From the sequence record PZ534511.1: a stretch of DNA of 64,000 nucleotides. The stretch is one strand, 5' to 3'. The position numbers and the translations under genes are program-made. Source of the stretch: a phage. The notes under the pieces are model-generated. The model was not told the DNA's origin, did no database searches, and saw only the letters and a list, made by a program, of their open reading frames with translations. This document shows, piece after piece, positions 1 through 9,418 of the stretch (the first letter of the stretch is position 1; each line of letters starts with the position of its first letter).

Positions 1-298
1 TTTCTGTCACCTTAAAAGTTTTGCCGTGGTTTGTCCACGAAAACTGGTTAGGTTGGTAGACAATCTTTCTTATAGTGTCTGGGTATTTAGGGTGGGATTT
101 CCTGTTTAGTGTGGCAAACCCAGATGCCAGCATACCCATCGTGCCATCTCCTCTAGCTTCCCTGTAGATATTGCATGCCAGAATGTTTTCCTTAGTATCT
201 GATGGCTTGCAAGTATGATATACTTTTTGTTTTGGTGCTGCAACAACAGGCAGCGATAAAAGTGCGCTCAAAATAATAGCAAAGATCTTAATTTTCAC
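1..298 (-). CDS. Secreted cell-wall hydrolase, SleB/Hydrolase_2-like (partial; 3' end beyond window start)
   Basis: Own minus-strand translation: GTG start at 298-296 after GGAG; frame open to position 1; signal peptide MKIKIFAIILSALLSLPVVAAP; motifs IYREARGDG, ATLNR, YPDTI, QPNQFSW. Absent from track because no stop in window. Confidence 0.6.
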   Translation of the reverse strand, partial: MKIKIFAIILSALLSLPVVAAPKQKVYHTCKPSDTKENILACNIYREARGDGTMGMLASGFATLNRKSHPKYPDTIRKIVYQPNQFSWTNHGKTFKVTE

Positions 299-307
299 AA
301 TGACTCC

Positions 308-334
308 AAATAGAAAATCCCCGCCGAAGCGGGG
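308..334 (-). terminator. Rho-independent terminator
   Basis: Hairpin CCCCGC-cgaa-GCGGGG (319-334) followed on minus strand by ATTTTCTATTT. Confidence 0.5.
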
Positions 335-347
335 GAGGTCTTAGAAA

Positions 348-728
348 TTAATCGTAGTGTGCCAAAATCTCTCCATCGTTGCAAGTTCCCTCTACAAAGT
401 TATGAAGATTCATGCACTCATCTTGATAGAAGAATTTACCGCTTTTCAGCCGTAGGCCAAACAACTCCGCATCTCCACGATGGCAAGCCTCTACAAGTTC
501 ATAGATTTCATACGGCAACTCTCCGTCGTCATGGAAGAATCCAGCCTTATCGTTGACATAAATGAAGAAATAATCACTGCTATCGCAAGCGTCCAATATT
601 TTAAACCAGACTTCATCTACATCTTTTTCTCGGATATCGATCACGCAAGTGGAGCTGCATTCGTACTCCTTCTCCGGCTCCTCGGTCAATACCACCAGGT
701 AGTTTCCCCGCTTACCTACTTTAGCCAT
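348..728 (-). CDS. Hypothetical protein
   Basis: Track ORF 348..776; start moved to internal ATG (MAKVGKRGNY) preceded by G-rich RBS, removing overlap with ATPase gene. Confidence 0.5.
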   Translation of the reverse strand: MAKVGKRGNYLVVLTEEPEKEYECSSTCVIDIREKDVDEVWFKILDACDSSDYFFIYVNDKAGFFHDDGELPYEIYELVEACHRGDAELFGLRLKSGKFFYQDECMNLHNFVEGTCNDGEILAHYD

Positions 729-738
729 ACAACCCCCC

Positions 739-1923
739 TTAAGCTTTAGCCAAAATGGCGCTAAACTCTTCACCAAACTCTTTTACAATCTTCATCAGGT
801 TTGGGTATGCTTTGATCAGCTGAGCAACAATCTTGTCACGCCCTTTACCGATAAGCAAGGCATTTCCTAAGGCATTAGGTTTCATCATCGCCATAAAGAC
901 TGAGAATACAAAATCTCGGTTCTCGTCCTTGAAGTTTTCCCAAAGGAAATCGAGGAAGTTTGCCACGCAGCTGACAAGATCTTCGTCTGAGATACTTGCA
1001 TTTTCCATCATATTGCGAATAGCGATACAACCTTCAGATCCAAGAATCCACAAAATGTCTGGCTGCTTAGGACCTACGTATTCTTTGCAGCCACCTGCCA
1101 TAATCCGACCGATTTCCGGTAAATTACGTTTCTTGGTGTGGTAAGTCCAGATCTCTACCGCTGCAGTGTGACCAATAGCACCTTGTAGAAGAACACGGGC
1201 CATAGCGTCAGAAATAATACCGCTGTCAAAATCGTGCAAGATGTCAGATGCAGCAACCCAAGATCGTGGTGTGGCAAAAGATGGACAATTAATCTCAGCC
1301 ATAGCCTCATAATTATCAATAGCTGATGGAACTCTTTTCAGATACCCAATTACAGAGGAGTGAACCCCGTTGAGGAATGCGTAGTCCTCAATAAACACCT
1401 CTGCATTGCTTGTAACCTCTACAATGATAAAACGGTTAGCCAGAGGGGCTTCGAGCGCCGAAAGAACCGCACCATCTGTAGAACGGTTACCCGCAGCCAC
1501 AAAAACAGAACCTTTAGGGAATGCATAGGTGCCGCACTTGTGGTCAAGCATAATTTGCATTGCAACCTTTTGCAGGTAGTTATCTGCATGAGTGAGCTCA
1601 TCCAGAAAGATAATTCCGCTCCAGTCAGGATCCGCAGGCCAAAATTCTGGAATTGCAAACACTGTACGTGTAGTTCCATCCGCTTCTACAGGGATAGGTA
1701 GCCCAGATAAGTCGGCAGGATCTTTATCTGACAGTCGCACGTCAACAAGGTTGTCATCTCGCTCACCGAACATATTATCAGCGATCTGCTTCATCACCTG
1801 GCTTTTACCCACACCCATTGGTCCCAAAATTAGGACAGATCGGCTATGACGTTGGGCAAACTGAATAATAGCTGGCAACTCACGGACAGTGATTTGACCA
1901 CTTTCGAATACGTTTCTTGACAT
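739..1923 (-). CDS. AAA+ ATPase, MoxR/CbbQ-like (AAA_5 type)
   Basis: Walker A GPMGVGKS, Walker B IIFLDEL, VFVAAGNRS sensor region; 394 aa. Confidence 0.8.
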   Translation of the reverse strand: MSRNVFESGQITVRELPAIIQFAQRHSRSVLILGPMGVGKSQVMKQIADNMFGERDDNLVDVRLSDKDPADLSGLPIPVEADGTTRTVFAIPEFWPADPDWSGIIFLDELTHADNYLQKVAMQIMLDHKCGTYAFPKGSVFVAAGNRSTDGAVLSALEAPLANRFIIVEVTSNAEVFIEDYAFLNGVHSSVIGYLKRVPSAIDNYEAMAEINCPSFATPRSWVAASDILHDFDSGIISDAMARVLLQGAIGHTAAVEIWTYHTKKRNLPEIGRIMAGGCKEYVGPKQPDILWILGSEGCIAIRNMMENASISDEDLVSCVANFLDFLWENFKDENRDFVFSVFMAMMKPNALGNALLIGKGRDKIVAQLIKAYPNLMKIVKEFGEEFSAILAKA

Positions 1924-2192
1924 TAGTAAAAGTCCTCTACTTGTGTGTAAGTGTTTTCAAAGTTTTCCAAAACAGATATCACATCGAATCTGTCAATATC
2001 ATACGTGACTCTCCAGTTGTACGCAACCCTTTCTGCTGTTGCCTCTTCTGGCGCTAGTCGTCTGCTGGCATAAAAGAGTGTTGGAGTACACTTTCTTGCT
2101 TGCCCTCTAACTTTCCCATAATAATATCTGTGAATATCTTTGTCAAAATTTAACTCTTTTTCTGCACGAAGTTCATATTGCTGGTATAACAT
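1923..2192 (-). CDS. Hypothetical protein
   Basis: Track ORF in tightly packed minus-strand operon; no recognisable motif. Confidence 0.5.
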   Translation of the reverse strand: MLYQQYELRAEKELNFDKDIHRYYYGKVRGQARKCTPTLFYASRRLAPEEATAERVAYNWRVTYDIDRFDVISVLENFENTYTQVEDFY

Positions 2193-2236
2193 CTCTACTA
2201 CTCCTTAAGCAGCATCCTTGCCGCCATTCCTGCCCA

Positions 2237-2617
2237 CTAAAATGCAGTCCGAATCCAGACAAGGTTCTTATCTGCCCAATCATAGAGGCAAGTCATTGCA
2301 CTATTGAATTGCTCACACGGAGGATAATCTTCTTCCATCTGGCGCATAGCAGAGCCTTGTGGGTAAAGCTCCCGTGCTGCAAACCACGCGTCGTAGTCAT
2401 CAACGGTGTCGAAGTAGTATACAACATCCTCTAACTCAGGATCGAACTTTGAACTATCAGGATCCAGTTGTTCAGGGAACTTGGAGCGTAACTTGCCAGC
2501 CACAATACTTGCCAACTCGCTAACATGCTTATTGTCCCACTCCACTAGCTTCCCGTCTTCAGTGATGCGTCCTAACCACTGATCATGAAGGTCAACTGTT
2601 GTCTTCCACTGAGCCAT
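2237..2617 (-). CDS. Hypothetical protein
   Basis: Track ORF, same operon; acidic; no motif recognised. Confidence 0.5.
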   Translation of the reverse strand: MAQWKTTVDLHDQWLGRITEDGKLVEWDNKHVSELASIVAGKLRSKFPEQLDPDSSKFDPELEDVVYYFDTVDDYDAWFAARELYPQGSAMRQMEEDYPPCEQFNSAMTCLYDWADKNLVWIRTAF

Positions 2618-2619
2618 TA

Positions 2620-2877
2620 TCAGTCCACCTCTTCTTCTCGTTGTAGTTCAAGATACCCGTAGGTCTGGACATCTTGAAGGGTGTGGAACTCCCCCTCTGC
2701 CGCTAAGGCACGAACAACTTGGCACAAAACCTTATGAGGAACTTCATCCAAACCTAGATTCAGTGCAGGAAACACCTTATCTAAGTCAACAAAATAAACG
2801 AACTGTAGCTCACCAGCTTCAAAAGGTGTATCTTCAATAAACATCTTCTCGGCATTAGTCAAGATCTGCACTTTCAT
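2620..2877 (-). CDS. Hypothetical protein
   Basis: Track ORF; start/stop abuts neighbours. Confidence 0.5.
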   Translation of the reverse strand: MKVQILTNAEKMFIEDTPFEAGELQFVYFVDLDKVFPALNLGLDEVPHKVLCQVVRALAAEGEFHTLQDVQTYGYLELQREEEVD

Positions 2878-3233
2878 TATTCTACCTCCTCTTCTTTTTC
2901 TTCGGCATTAGTTTCATGGCTACCCCACTCGGGAGTTTCCACCTCGATAGTAAACTCACGCACTACACGGTAATTGCCCATGAAGCGCTCTACTTCGTCA
3001 AGGCTTATGGAGAGGCCATTGGCAACCAGGTCTGCAGCACCCTCTTCTACCAGGTAGTCCAGATTGGCTTCCAGAGCCTTAGGTTCAAACCCTGTCAATG
3101 CAATCAGATAACCTTCCCCTTCATCAGGGAGGACAATACAGCCCAATTGATTTTCTTTAAAAAGGCAGTGACCATCATTATTGATTGGGTGTTCATTGCA
3201 GTAAATAGCTGCACGATAAGTAACTTTAGACAT
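2877..3233 (-). CDS. Hypothetical protein
   Basis: Track ORF 2877..3254 (TTG); likelier start is ATG at 3233 (MSKVTYRA...) 9 nt after AAGGAG; this start region is one copy of a 29-bp inverted repeat. Confidence 0.5.
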   Translation of the reverse strand: MSKVTYRAAIYCNEHPINNDGHCLFKENQLGCIVLPDEGEGYLIALTGFEPKALEANLDYLVEEGAADLVANGLSISLDEVERFMGNYRVVREFTIEVETPEWGSHETNAEEKEEEVE

Positions 3234-3238
3234 CGGTA
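3210..3238 (-). repeat. 29-bp perfect inverted repeat, copy A (TACCGATGTCTAAAGTTACTTATCGTGCA on minus strand)
   Basis: Covers ATG and first 7 codons (MSKVTYRA) of gene 2877..3233; identical to 5072..5100 on plus strand. Confidence 0.85.
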
Positions 3239-3246
3239 AGGTCTCC

Positions 3247-3525
3247 TTAGGCAATTGTCATTTTACATTCTTGAAATTTTAACACAAGACGGTGATTGTG
3301 TCTAGTGTCTAAAAAGATTTTTTCAACCATCAGGCACACGGTATAACCGTCCATCTTGTTGACAACAAAATCTCCAGGATGAGGGAGGATGTCTCCCGGA
3401 TTGGGGAAACATAGTCCACTCAGAAAGGCATCGTCAGTGGTGGACTTAATAGATTTCCACACACTGTCTGCCTGAACATGTTCACCGACGTAATATACAT
3501 TACCACATGCCTTCATCATAGTCAA
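3247..3525 (-). CDS. Hypothetical protein
   Basis: Track ORF; 4-nt overlap with upstream gene. Confidence 0.45.
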   Translation of the reverse strand: MTMMKACGNVYYVGEHVQADSVWKSIKSTTDDAFLSGLCFPNPGDILPHPGDFVVNKMDGYTVCLMVEKIFLDTRHNHRLVLKFQECKMTIA

Positions 3526-4421
3526 ACCCTCGCATAAATTAAACTTGTATCAGTATACTTCTTTAATGGGTAAATATCCTGTCCATAGATGCAATCATTA
3601 AACACCTCATCTACCCAAAGGCTACACTTATATCCCATCATTTCTAAAACACCCATCTCTTCTTCGGTAAACTTATCACCGCTCTTGCAAGATGTCAATA
3701 CCTCATTCTGAACTCTTGCTACCTCGAAGCGGTTATTGGCAATATCGCTATTGGCGATCAAATACTCACCTAGAGGGTGTGCGGCATTAAAGATGCACAG
3801 CGGACGGCTGACGTAATAGTCTCCAGGTGTATAAAAATTGTTGAGGTCTTTCACTAGAACATTCTTATCAGTCACTTCATTTATAACATCATGCATATCG
3901 CACATCTTTATATGTTTGAGGATTCCATCCCCCATCACAAAATAAAAACTTGCTGAGACACTTTCGGCATAGATCTTACTAGATCCGTTGTAGTTGTATT
4001 TTACTCGGATGCTAACGGGGGTTTTTCCTGTCGCGTTAGCCATCATCCAAAGAAATGGCAGCTCATACTTCTCCTCTGAGGAAACAAAAGGTGAGGTAGC
4101 CAGAGATCGAAAACCTCCAGAGAAGTTGAAAGTTACAGAACCGCTCCGGCGGTATGATACCGCGTATTCTACTTTTATATCGACATACCCATTGGAATAG
4201 GTGTGTCCTTCATTATCTAAATATGTCCACTTATCAGACCCAGATACCAATCTACGCTCAATAACCTTCATCACTATAGGAATTAATGGGTTGGTACAAA
4301 CCGCTTTTGAAGTAGCTTTATCATCTAAAGCCTCGTAAATTGCAGAAAGGATGTCCCCAGCTGAAAGATTGGTTGTTATGTCCTGTTTCCACCGCGTACT
4401 AAAACTGTTAAGATTTGCCAT
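3522..4421 (-). CDS. Hypothetical protein
   Basis: Track ORF, 299 aa, first gene of minus-strand operon. Confidence 0.5.
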   Translation of the reverse strand: MANLNSFSTRWKQDITTNLSAGDILSAIYEALDDKATSKAVCTNPLIPIVMKVIERRLVSGSDKWTYLDNEGHTYSNGYVDIKVEYAVSYRRSGSVTFNFSGGFRSLATSPFVSSEEKYELPFLWMMANATGKTPVSIRVKYNYNGSSKIYAESVSASFYFVMGDGILKHIKMCDMHDVINEVTDKNVLVKDLNNFYTPGDYYVSRPLCIFNAAHPLGEYLIANSDIANNRFEVARVQNEVLTSCKSGDKFTEEEMGVLEMMGYKCSLWVDEVFNDCIYGQDIYPLKKYTDTSLIYARV

Positions 4422-4503
4422 AAGTAAGTGCTCCTATGTTAGTTTTCTTTCGAATGGGTGCACTATATTGTGGAGTTAGAGTAAAGTCAACACGTTTTTG
4501 ATG

Positions 4504-4532
4504 TTGACATCTGTTGAGACAATTGATACGAT
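4504..4532 (+). promoter_or_regulatory. Sigma70-like promoter (TTGACA-17-TACGAT)
   Basis: In divergent intergenic region; would place TSS about 25 nt upstream of ATG 4564. Confidence 0.4.
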
Positions 4533-4563
4533 TTCTTCACTTACAGAGCACGAGAGACGACTC

Positions 4564-5541
4564 ATGAATCTTGAAAAATATTATACACCAGAAGAGTTAG
4601 AGCGCTTGCTCAAAAAATATAGACGCAAACAGAATAACGCACGGAAACGAGATATAGAGTTCGACCTGTCATGGGAAGAATACCTCCTATTTGGTAAAAA
4701 ACTTTTAGGAGATGGAGTATGCGACTATACCCTTATACCTTTTGACATGCACACAGATGAAAACGGGCTGGGGAATCCTTTCTACCCATCTCTGGAGCGG
4801 ATAGATGATGAAGGTCCTTATGCGGCTGATAACTGTTGTGTGGTGGGATTGAGATGCAACTCTCTAAAGGACTGTCTGGTAGATAAAAAGACTGCAGTCT
4901 TGATTAAAGACGAAACTGATCGAAAAATTGTCCAGCAGATGATGCTCCACCTGAGCGAAGAGCGTATGGAGAAATTGAAAGGTGATTATACTTTTGAAGA
5001 TTTCATCTTGCAATATGGAACGGAAGAGGATAAACTAGCACTCTTTGACGAAGAAGAGGAGGAAGATATGCTACCGATGTCTAAAGTTACTTATCGTGCA
5101 CCCAAGAAGCACATTTCCGACATTGTAAACGAGCCTATCACAGAAGAGATTGAAGAAATGACGCAACAGGTGCATGAAGAGGAAAAAGAGACTCAGGAGG
5201 TCGAAGAGGAGCTTACAGAAGAGGTTCCTGCACTACCTGATGATGTTGAGATTGCCAAAGCTTACACTTTCTATTGTCAAACGTTCTACGATGTAGGTAT
5301 GAAAGTTGATCTGTCATTCAGCCAATTTAAGAGTTCGTATATTCGCAAATGCTGTGCTTTAACTGGTGAACGTCTTGGAGCTGGACTTAAACCCCTGTTG
5401 GTGACCGACTGGAATAAAGGTTTCACTAAAGGAAACTTTATGGTAGTATCTCCAATTATGGAGAAAGCTATGACAGATCTTATGAAGACCACCCGCATGA
5501 CAATGACCGAGTTGGCAGGTATTTTCAAACACGTTAAATAA
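4564..5541 (+). CDS. Hypothetical acidic protein
   Basis: Track ORF 4498..5541; start placed at ATG 4564 downstream of promoter-like element; Glu-rich centre; internal in-frame ATG at 5077 lies in second copy of the 29-bp repeat. Confidence 0.5.
   Translation: MNLEKYYTPEELERLLKKYRRKQNNARKRDIEFDLSWEEYLLFGKKLLGDGVCDYTLIPFDMHTDENGLGNPFYPSLERIDDEGPYAADNCCVVGLRCNSLKDCLVDKKTAVLIKDETDRKIVQQMMLHLSEERMEKLKGDYTFEDFILQYGTEEDKLALFDEEEEEDMLPMSKVTYRAPKKHISDIVNEPITEEIEEMTQQVHEEEKETQEVEEELTEEVPALPDDVEIAKAYTFYCQTFYDVGMKVDLSFSQFKSSYIRKCCALTGERLGAGLKPLLVTDWNKGFTKGNFMVVSPIMEKAMTDLMKTTRMTMTELAGIFKHVK
5072..5100 (+). repeat. 29-bp perfect inverted repeat, copy B
   Basis: Inside ORF 4564..5541 in frame (LPMSKVTYRA), preceded by GAGGAGG; flanking bases differ. 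Confidence 0.85.
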
Positions 5542-5546
5542 TGACA

Positions 5547-5572
5547 GGGGCCAATGGCCCCTTCTGGAGTTT
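5547..5572 (+). terminator. Terminator-like hairpin (weak)
   Basis: GGGGCC-aat-GGCCCC after stop of 4564..5541; short T-run. Confidence 0.3.
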
Positions 5573-5574
5573 TA

Positions 5575-7035
5575 ATGGATAGCAGAAGTTCAGAAATCAT
5601 TGCCTCGCAGAAAGATGATGCCCTGAGAATGTTGCAGGCTGCACGTATGTATCTCCTTGAAAAGCTGCCGTTTTATGGCACACTACTGTCAGGGTTGCAG
5701 TTCGTAGAAAACCACACATGGTGCTCCACCATGGCAACCGACCATAAACGCATCTACTACAGCCCTGAGTTCATTATGGGGTTGGCGGATGAGCGTAAAA
5801 CCATTCTTAAAGCATCTCTGACTGACAAGCAGTTTGAGATGGCTGAGGTTTTCTATTCCCCAAAATCTGTGAAAGAGGTGGCCTTTCTTCTGTCACATGA
5901 GGTGGGGCATATTATCTGTGATCATCTGGTCCGTGGTAAAAGCTTTGAGCCGGAACTGTTCAATATTGCTTGTGATCACGTTATCAACACAGGTCTTGTG
6001 GTTGACTTTAGCAAGCCTCCTTGTGTTTTCTTCCCGAAGGGGAAAAGCACTGAGTTCGTAAAAGGTAAGCCTTTTGGCTTCTTAGCTAATTGCTACTGCG
6101 ACATGAGGTTTCATGGATGGATTGCTGAGAACGTCTATGCAGTTCTTGATAAACAAAGAGATCAGAATGGCGGTAAAAGTAAGAACGGTAAAGGTGAGAA
6201 CTCCCAAGGAGATAAACGACAAACCGATGATCACATGAGCGGGAACGGTGGCACTAGTGATGATCTTGGAAAGGCTATGGGGTATGATCAGCCGCAACCA
6301 GTAATCAGTCAATCTGACAAAGATCAGGCCATGCAGGACTCTGGTGACATGTTGGAAGCAGCAATGCAAGCTTCAGGAGGTCGTTGCCCCGAGGCGGTGC
6401 GCGAGTTTGTCAAAAACAGAGGCAAGCCTGTAATCAATTATATAGATATTATTAAGCAACGTATGTTATCTAAAAGAAAGGCTGAGTTAACCTACAGAAA
6501 ACCTGGTCGCCGATCTGGGTCTTTGACCACCACAATGCGAAAAGTTGGAGCTATAAACAAGAATCAACACGTTATTGTTCCTGGTCGTAATCCGGAAAAC
6601 ACTATAGATATTGTAGTGGCTTTAGACGTTTCTGGGTCGATCTCACAAAGAACTTTAAAGAAAATGTTCAATGAGATCACCGGGTTGTGCAATTTGTATA
6701 AAGAGTTTAAGGTTACTATGTTCTGTTGGTCAACGGAGGTTGGAGAGGTTAAAGTATACACTCGCGGTAACATCGATGAGATGATTAACTATGAGGTCCA
6801 CTCAACATGGGGCACAACAGCCGCCTGCGTGTTCGAGTATCTGGATGCTAACATACCGAATGCAAAAGATGTCATCGTCCTTACCGACCTCTACTTTGAG
6901 CATAACTTTGAACAAAAGGCTGTTGACAACAAGTGGAAAAAGTACGATACTTTATGGGTTCTCACCGAAGGGTATAATAAAAATTATATCCCGAGCTTTG
7001 GGAAAACTGTGGAATTAATCGAGTACGCTAAGTAA
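5575..7035 (+). CDS. VWA-domain protein with N-terminal HExxH metallopeptidase-like motif
   Basis: HEVGHIICDH near residue 115; MIDAS-like VVALDVSGSIS near residue 350; start moved to ATG 5575 after GGAG (track start 5554 sits in a hairpin). Confidence 0.7.
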   Translation: MDSRSSEIIASQKDDALRMLQAARMYLLEKLPFYGTLLSGLQFVENHTWCSTMATDHKRIYYSPEFIMGLADERKTILKASLTDKQFEMAEVFYSPKSVKEVAFLLSHEVGHIICDHLVRGKSFEPELFNIACDHVINTGLVVDFSKPPCVFFPKGKSTEFVKGKPFGFLANCYCDMRFHGWIAENVYAVLDKQRDQNGGKSKNGKGENSQGDKRQTDDHMSGNGGTSDDLGKAMGYDQPQPVISQSDKDQAMQDSGDMLEAAMQASGGRCPEAVREFVKNRGKPVINYIDIIKQRMLSKRKAELTYRKPGRRSGSLTTTMRKVGAINKNQHVIVPGRNPENTIDIVVALDVSGSISQRTLKKMFNEITGLCNLYKEFKVTMFCWSTEVGEVKVYTRGNIDEMINYEVHSTWGTTAACVFEYLDANIPNAKDVIVLTDLYFEHNFEQKAVDNKWKKYDTLWVLTEGYNKNYIPSFGKTVELIEYAK

Positions 7036-7050
7036 GAGAGGATGGTATTT

Positions 7051-7308
7051 ATGGCAACAGAGGTAGTAATTAAAGCTGAACGCCCAGTTAAAAAAGCTAT
7101 CAACACGTTCCCTGTAGGAACCATTGTGAGCATGATTACAGAGTCAGGCCGTGTATCTACACTGCTAATCGTGAAATCTGCATGCTCATCTTGTGTGTGG
7201 GCATACGATCTTGACGAGAAAGAACTGAAAGATTTTGTTGGGGAGCTGAAAGCAACAGAGCTTGACGCTCGTATCGAAGTATTTGGTGAAACTATGAAGG
7301 AAGAGTAA
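7051..7308 (+). CDS. Hypothetical protein
   Basis: Track ORF 7042..7308; second ATG has better RBS spacing. Confidence 0.45.
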   Translation: MATEVVIKAERPVKKAINTFPVGTIVSMITESGRVSTLLIVKSACSSCVWAYDLDEKELKDFVGELKATELDARIEVFGETMKEE

Positions 7309-7571
7309 TGACTACAAAAATCACTATTGCAGAACCAAAAGCTAACACGCAACCTATCGAAAAGTTTAAATGCGGTGAGGTGGTAACATTCACACCGGAT
7401 AATGAAGATGCTAAGATTTTTGCCATGGTCACAGCCGAGTGGATGTGTGACAATACCACACAGGTGCTGCGTTTTGACACCTATCTTACAGATGAAATCA
7501 GGAACGACAAGATTGTGACTGGTGTGGATACTGAGATTATTTTCTACAAGAGCTTTTTAGAGGGTTTCTGA
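7308..7571 (+). CDS. Hypothetical protein
   Basis: Track ORF; start overlaps upstream stop. Confidence 0.45.
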   Translation: MTTKITIAEPKANTQPIEKFKCGEVVTFTPDNEDAKIFAMVTAEWMCDNTTQVLRFDTYLTDEIRNDKIVTGVDTEIIFYKSFLEGF

Positions 7572-7572
7572 T

Positions 7573-7806
7573 ATGGCAAAAATTCGTAAATTATCCAGCA
7601 ATCAGGTTGTGAAAGACTTTGAATCTGGAGAGATTTTGTATGTTCGTGATGCAGATGATGAAGGTGAAGATCTTGTTATGCTGGTAGGGCACGCTGAAGA
7701 CGGATGCATACAGGCTGTTTTTCTTGAAACAGCTATGGTGCACTGGATAGAGCTGGACCTGAAAGCACGAAAACCTAAAGCAGAAATCCTGATTTACGAA
7801 GATTAA
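7573..7806 (+). CDS. Hypothetical protein
   Basis: Track ORF, 77 aa. Confidence 0.45.
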   Translation: MAKIRKLSSNQVVKDFESGEILYVRDADDEGEDLVMLVGHAEDGCIQAVFLETAMVHWIELDLKARKPKAEILIYED

Positions 7807-7822
7807 CAAAAAGGAGATAACC

Positions 7823-8272
7823 GTGTTGAGCAAACGTGAATGCGACAGCATTAGCCTGAATTCTTATAAGAAACAATGGTTTGGGGTGGAAGTTTGCCGA
7901 CTGCGGCTAGGATCCTACCTGAACTTCGTCTATTATGAGAGTGACAGTCGTATCGTTTCTTATGAAGTGTTCTACACTAAGAACACATTCGAACTGCGCC
8001 GTAAAGTAGATGGCGGGAGAACTACCGCTCAGAATAATTGGGAAACTATCCTACCTACAGATGTTATAGGAAGTCCCCTGAATGTATCTGAAGATGAAAA
8101 TCTTATGGTTCATGCTATGATGGGACTTGACAGCTTAGAGCTGGCAATCTATGATATGTCCATCGAAGCAGTTAAGCTGGACTACATCGAAAACACTTTA
8201 GAGGAAGGTATCAAGAAGTTTCTCAGTGAGAAATTAAAAGACCACTTTCATAAGGAGCTATACCTGTTATGA
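7823..8272 (+). CDS. Hypothetical protein
   Basis: Track ORF; GTG start 7 nt after AAGGAGA. Confidence 0.5.
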   Translation: MLSKRECDSISLNSYKKQWFGVEVCRLRLGSYLNFVYYESDSRIVSYEVFYTKNTFELRRKVDGGRTTAQNNWETILPTDVIGSPLNVSEDENLMVHAMMGLDSLELAIYDMSIEAVKLDYIENTLEEGIKKFLSEKLKDHFHKELYLL

Positions 8273-8514
8273 AGACCCGTAAAGAACGTAACAAAATTTT
8301 ACCTGGAGCTCTAGAACACCTGATGAAGTGCAGATCTATTTGGCACTCTGCCAAGGAAGGGCAGAAGGTGGTTGTGGTTAGTGACAATACCAACCCGTTT
8401 GGAGATTATACCACTATGATGGCCCCGTATGTCCGTGATGGTGTTGTGGAAGTGGTCCCTTACAACGGTCTGCATGAACGGCACTTTGAAAGCACTTTGC
8501 TAGTGGAGCTATAG
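8269..8514 (+). CDS. Hypothetical protein
   Basis: Track ORF; 4-nt overlap with upstream gene. Confidence 0.45.
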   Translation: MKTRKERNKILPGALEHLMKCRSIWHSAKEGQKVVVVSDNTNPFGDYTTMMAPYVRDGVVEVVPYNGLHERHFESTLLVEL

Positions 8515-8516
8515 TC

Positions 8517-9083
8517 ATGGCGGTCAATGTGGCTTACAACACAGGAAAGCTTGACAGAGACATTGGGTGTCTTGTCCTTTCAGATACAGAAGAGTATTGG
8601 GGTTATGGGTTGCTGTCAGACCCACACCCGAGCAACCTTGTATCAACAGTGCTATACCGCTACGACCCTGTGCCAACGGTACACGACAAAGACATTCACG
8701 ACCTTCGGATCAAGTGTCTGGAAGATCTGCTGAACAATGGTTGCAACGATCTGCGGGTAGCCAAAGAGAAGCTTACAAACATTCACAAAGAGGAAGTGAT
8801 GAGCACCCTCAGTAAGAGATCAGTGCACAAAAAGATGATGCTGAACTTTGCAATGGGTATCTACATGGACGGGTATAAGGGAGGTGATCCGGTCCTCAAG
8901 CTTCGCTGCCCGACACTGTGGGAAAGAGTGGTTGACAGTAAGGACGGCACTGCCCTGCTCGAACTCCACACCGCAGGTTGGATTTGGCGGTATGTAGACG
9001 GATACCCTCTGTGGGCATGTGGACCTGGGGAATTTGTTGACAGACCTAGCGCGGTAGTGGACTTGCTATTACAGTTTGAATAA
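8517..9083 (+). CDS. Hypothetical protein
   Basis: Track ORF, 188 aa. Confidence 0.5.
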   Translation: MAVNVAYNTGKLDRDIGCLVLSDTEEYWGYGLLSDPHPSNLVSTVLYRYDPVPTVHDKDIHDLRIKCLEDLLNNGCNDLRVAKEKLTNIHKEEVMSTLSKRSVHKKMMLNFAMGIYMDGYKGGDPVLKLRCPTLWERVVDSKDGTALLELHTAGWIWRYVDGYPLWACGPGEFVDRPSAVVDLLLQFE

Positions 9084-9142
9084 AAGGTGAGTTATAAGGT
9101 ATTCATGCACCTACCAACAACAATACAACAGGAGAGACTGAG

Positions 9143-9418
9143 ATGACGAAAGAAGAGGCCGACGTATTAGATTTTGCACTAGAGGCTACGCAGGAGGCTT
9201 TGGTGTTAGCTTGGAAAATGAACCAGCGTGCTGCAGAATGCAACCGTCGCATCAATGAGATTCTGGGCATGTCTATGTATGATTTCACTATGCATGCCGG
9301 AGAGATTCCTGAACTAACTGCAGAGATGAATGATCTTGACAATAAAATTAATATCATTCTGAAGACAGCAGAAACAACCCACCAAACCGCCCGTAAATTT
9401 ATCAACGAGAAGGTGTGA
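9143..9418 (+). CDS. Hypothetical protein
   Basis: Track ORF; GGAGAG RBS upstream. Confidence 0.5.
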   Translation: MTKEEADVLDFALEATQEALVLAWKMNQRAAECNRRINEILGMSMYDFTMHAGEIPELTAEMNDLDNKINIILKTAETTHQTARKFINEKV

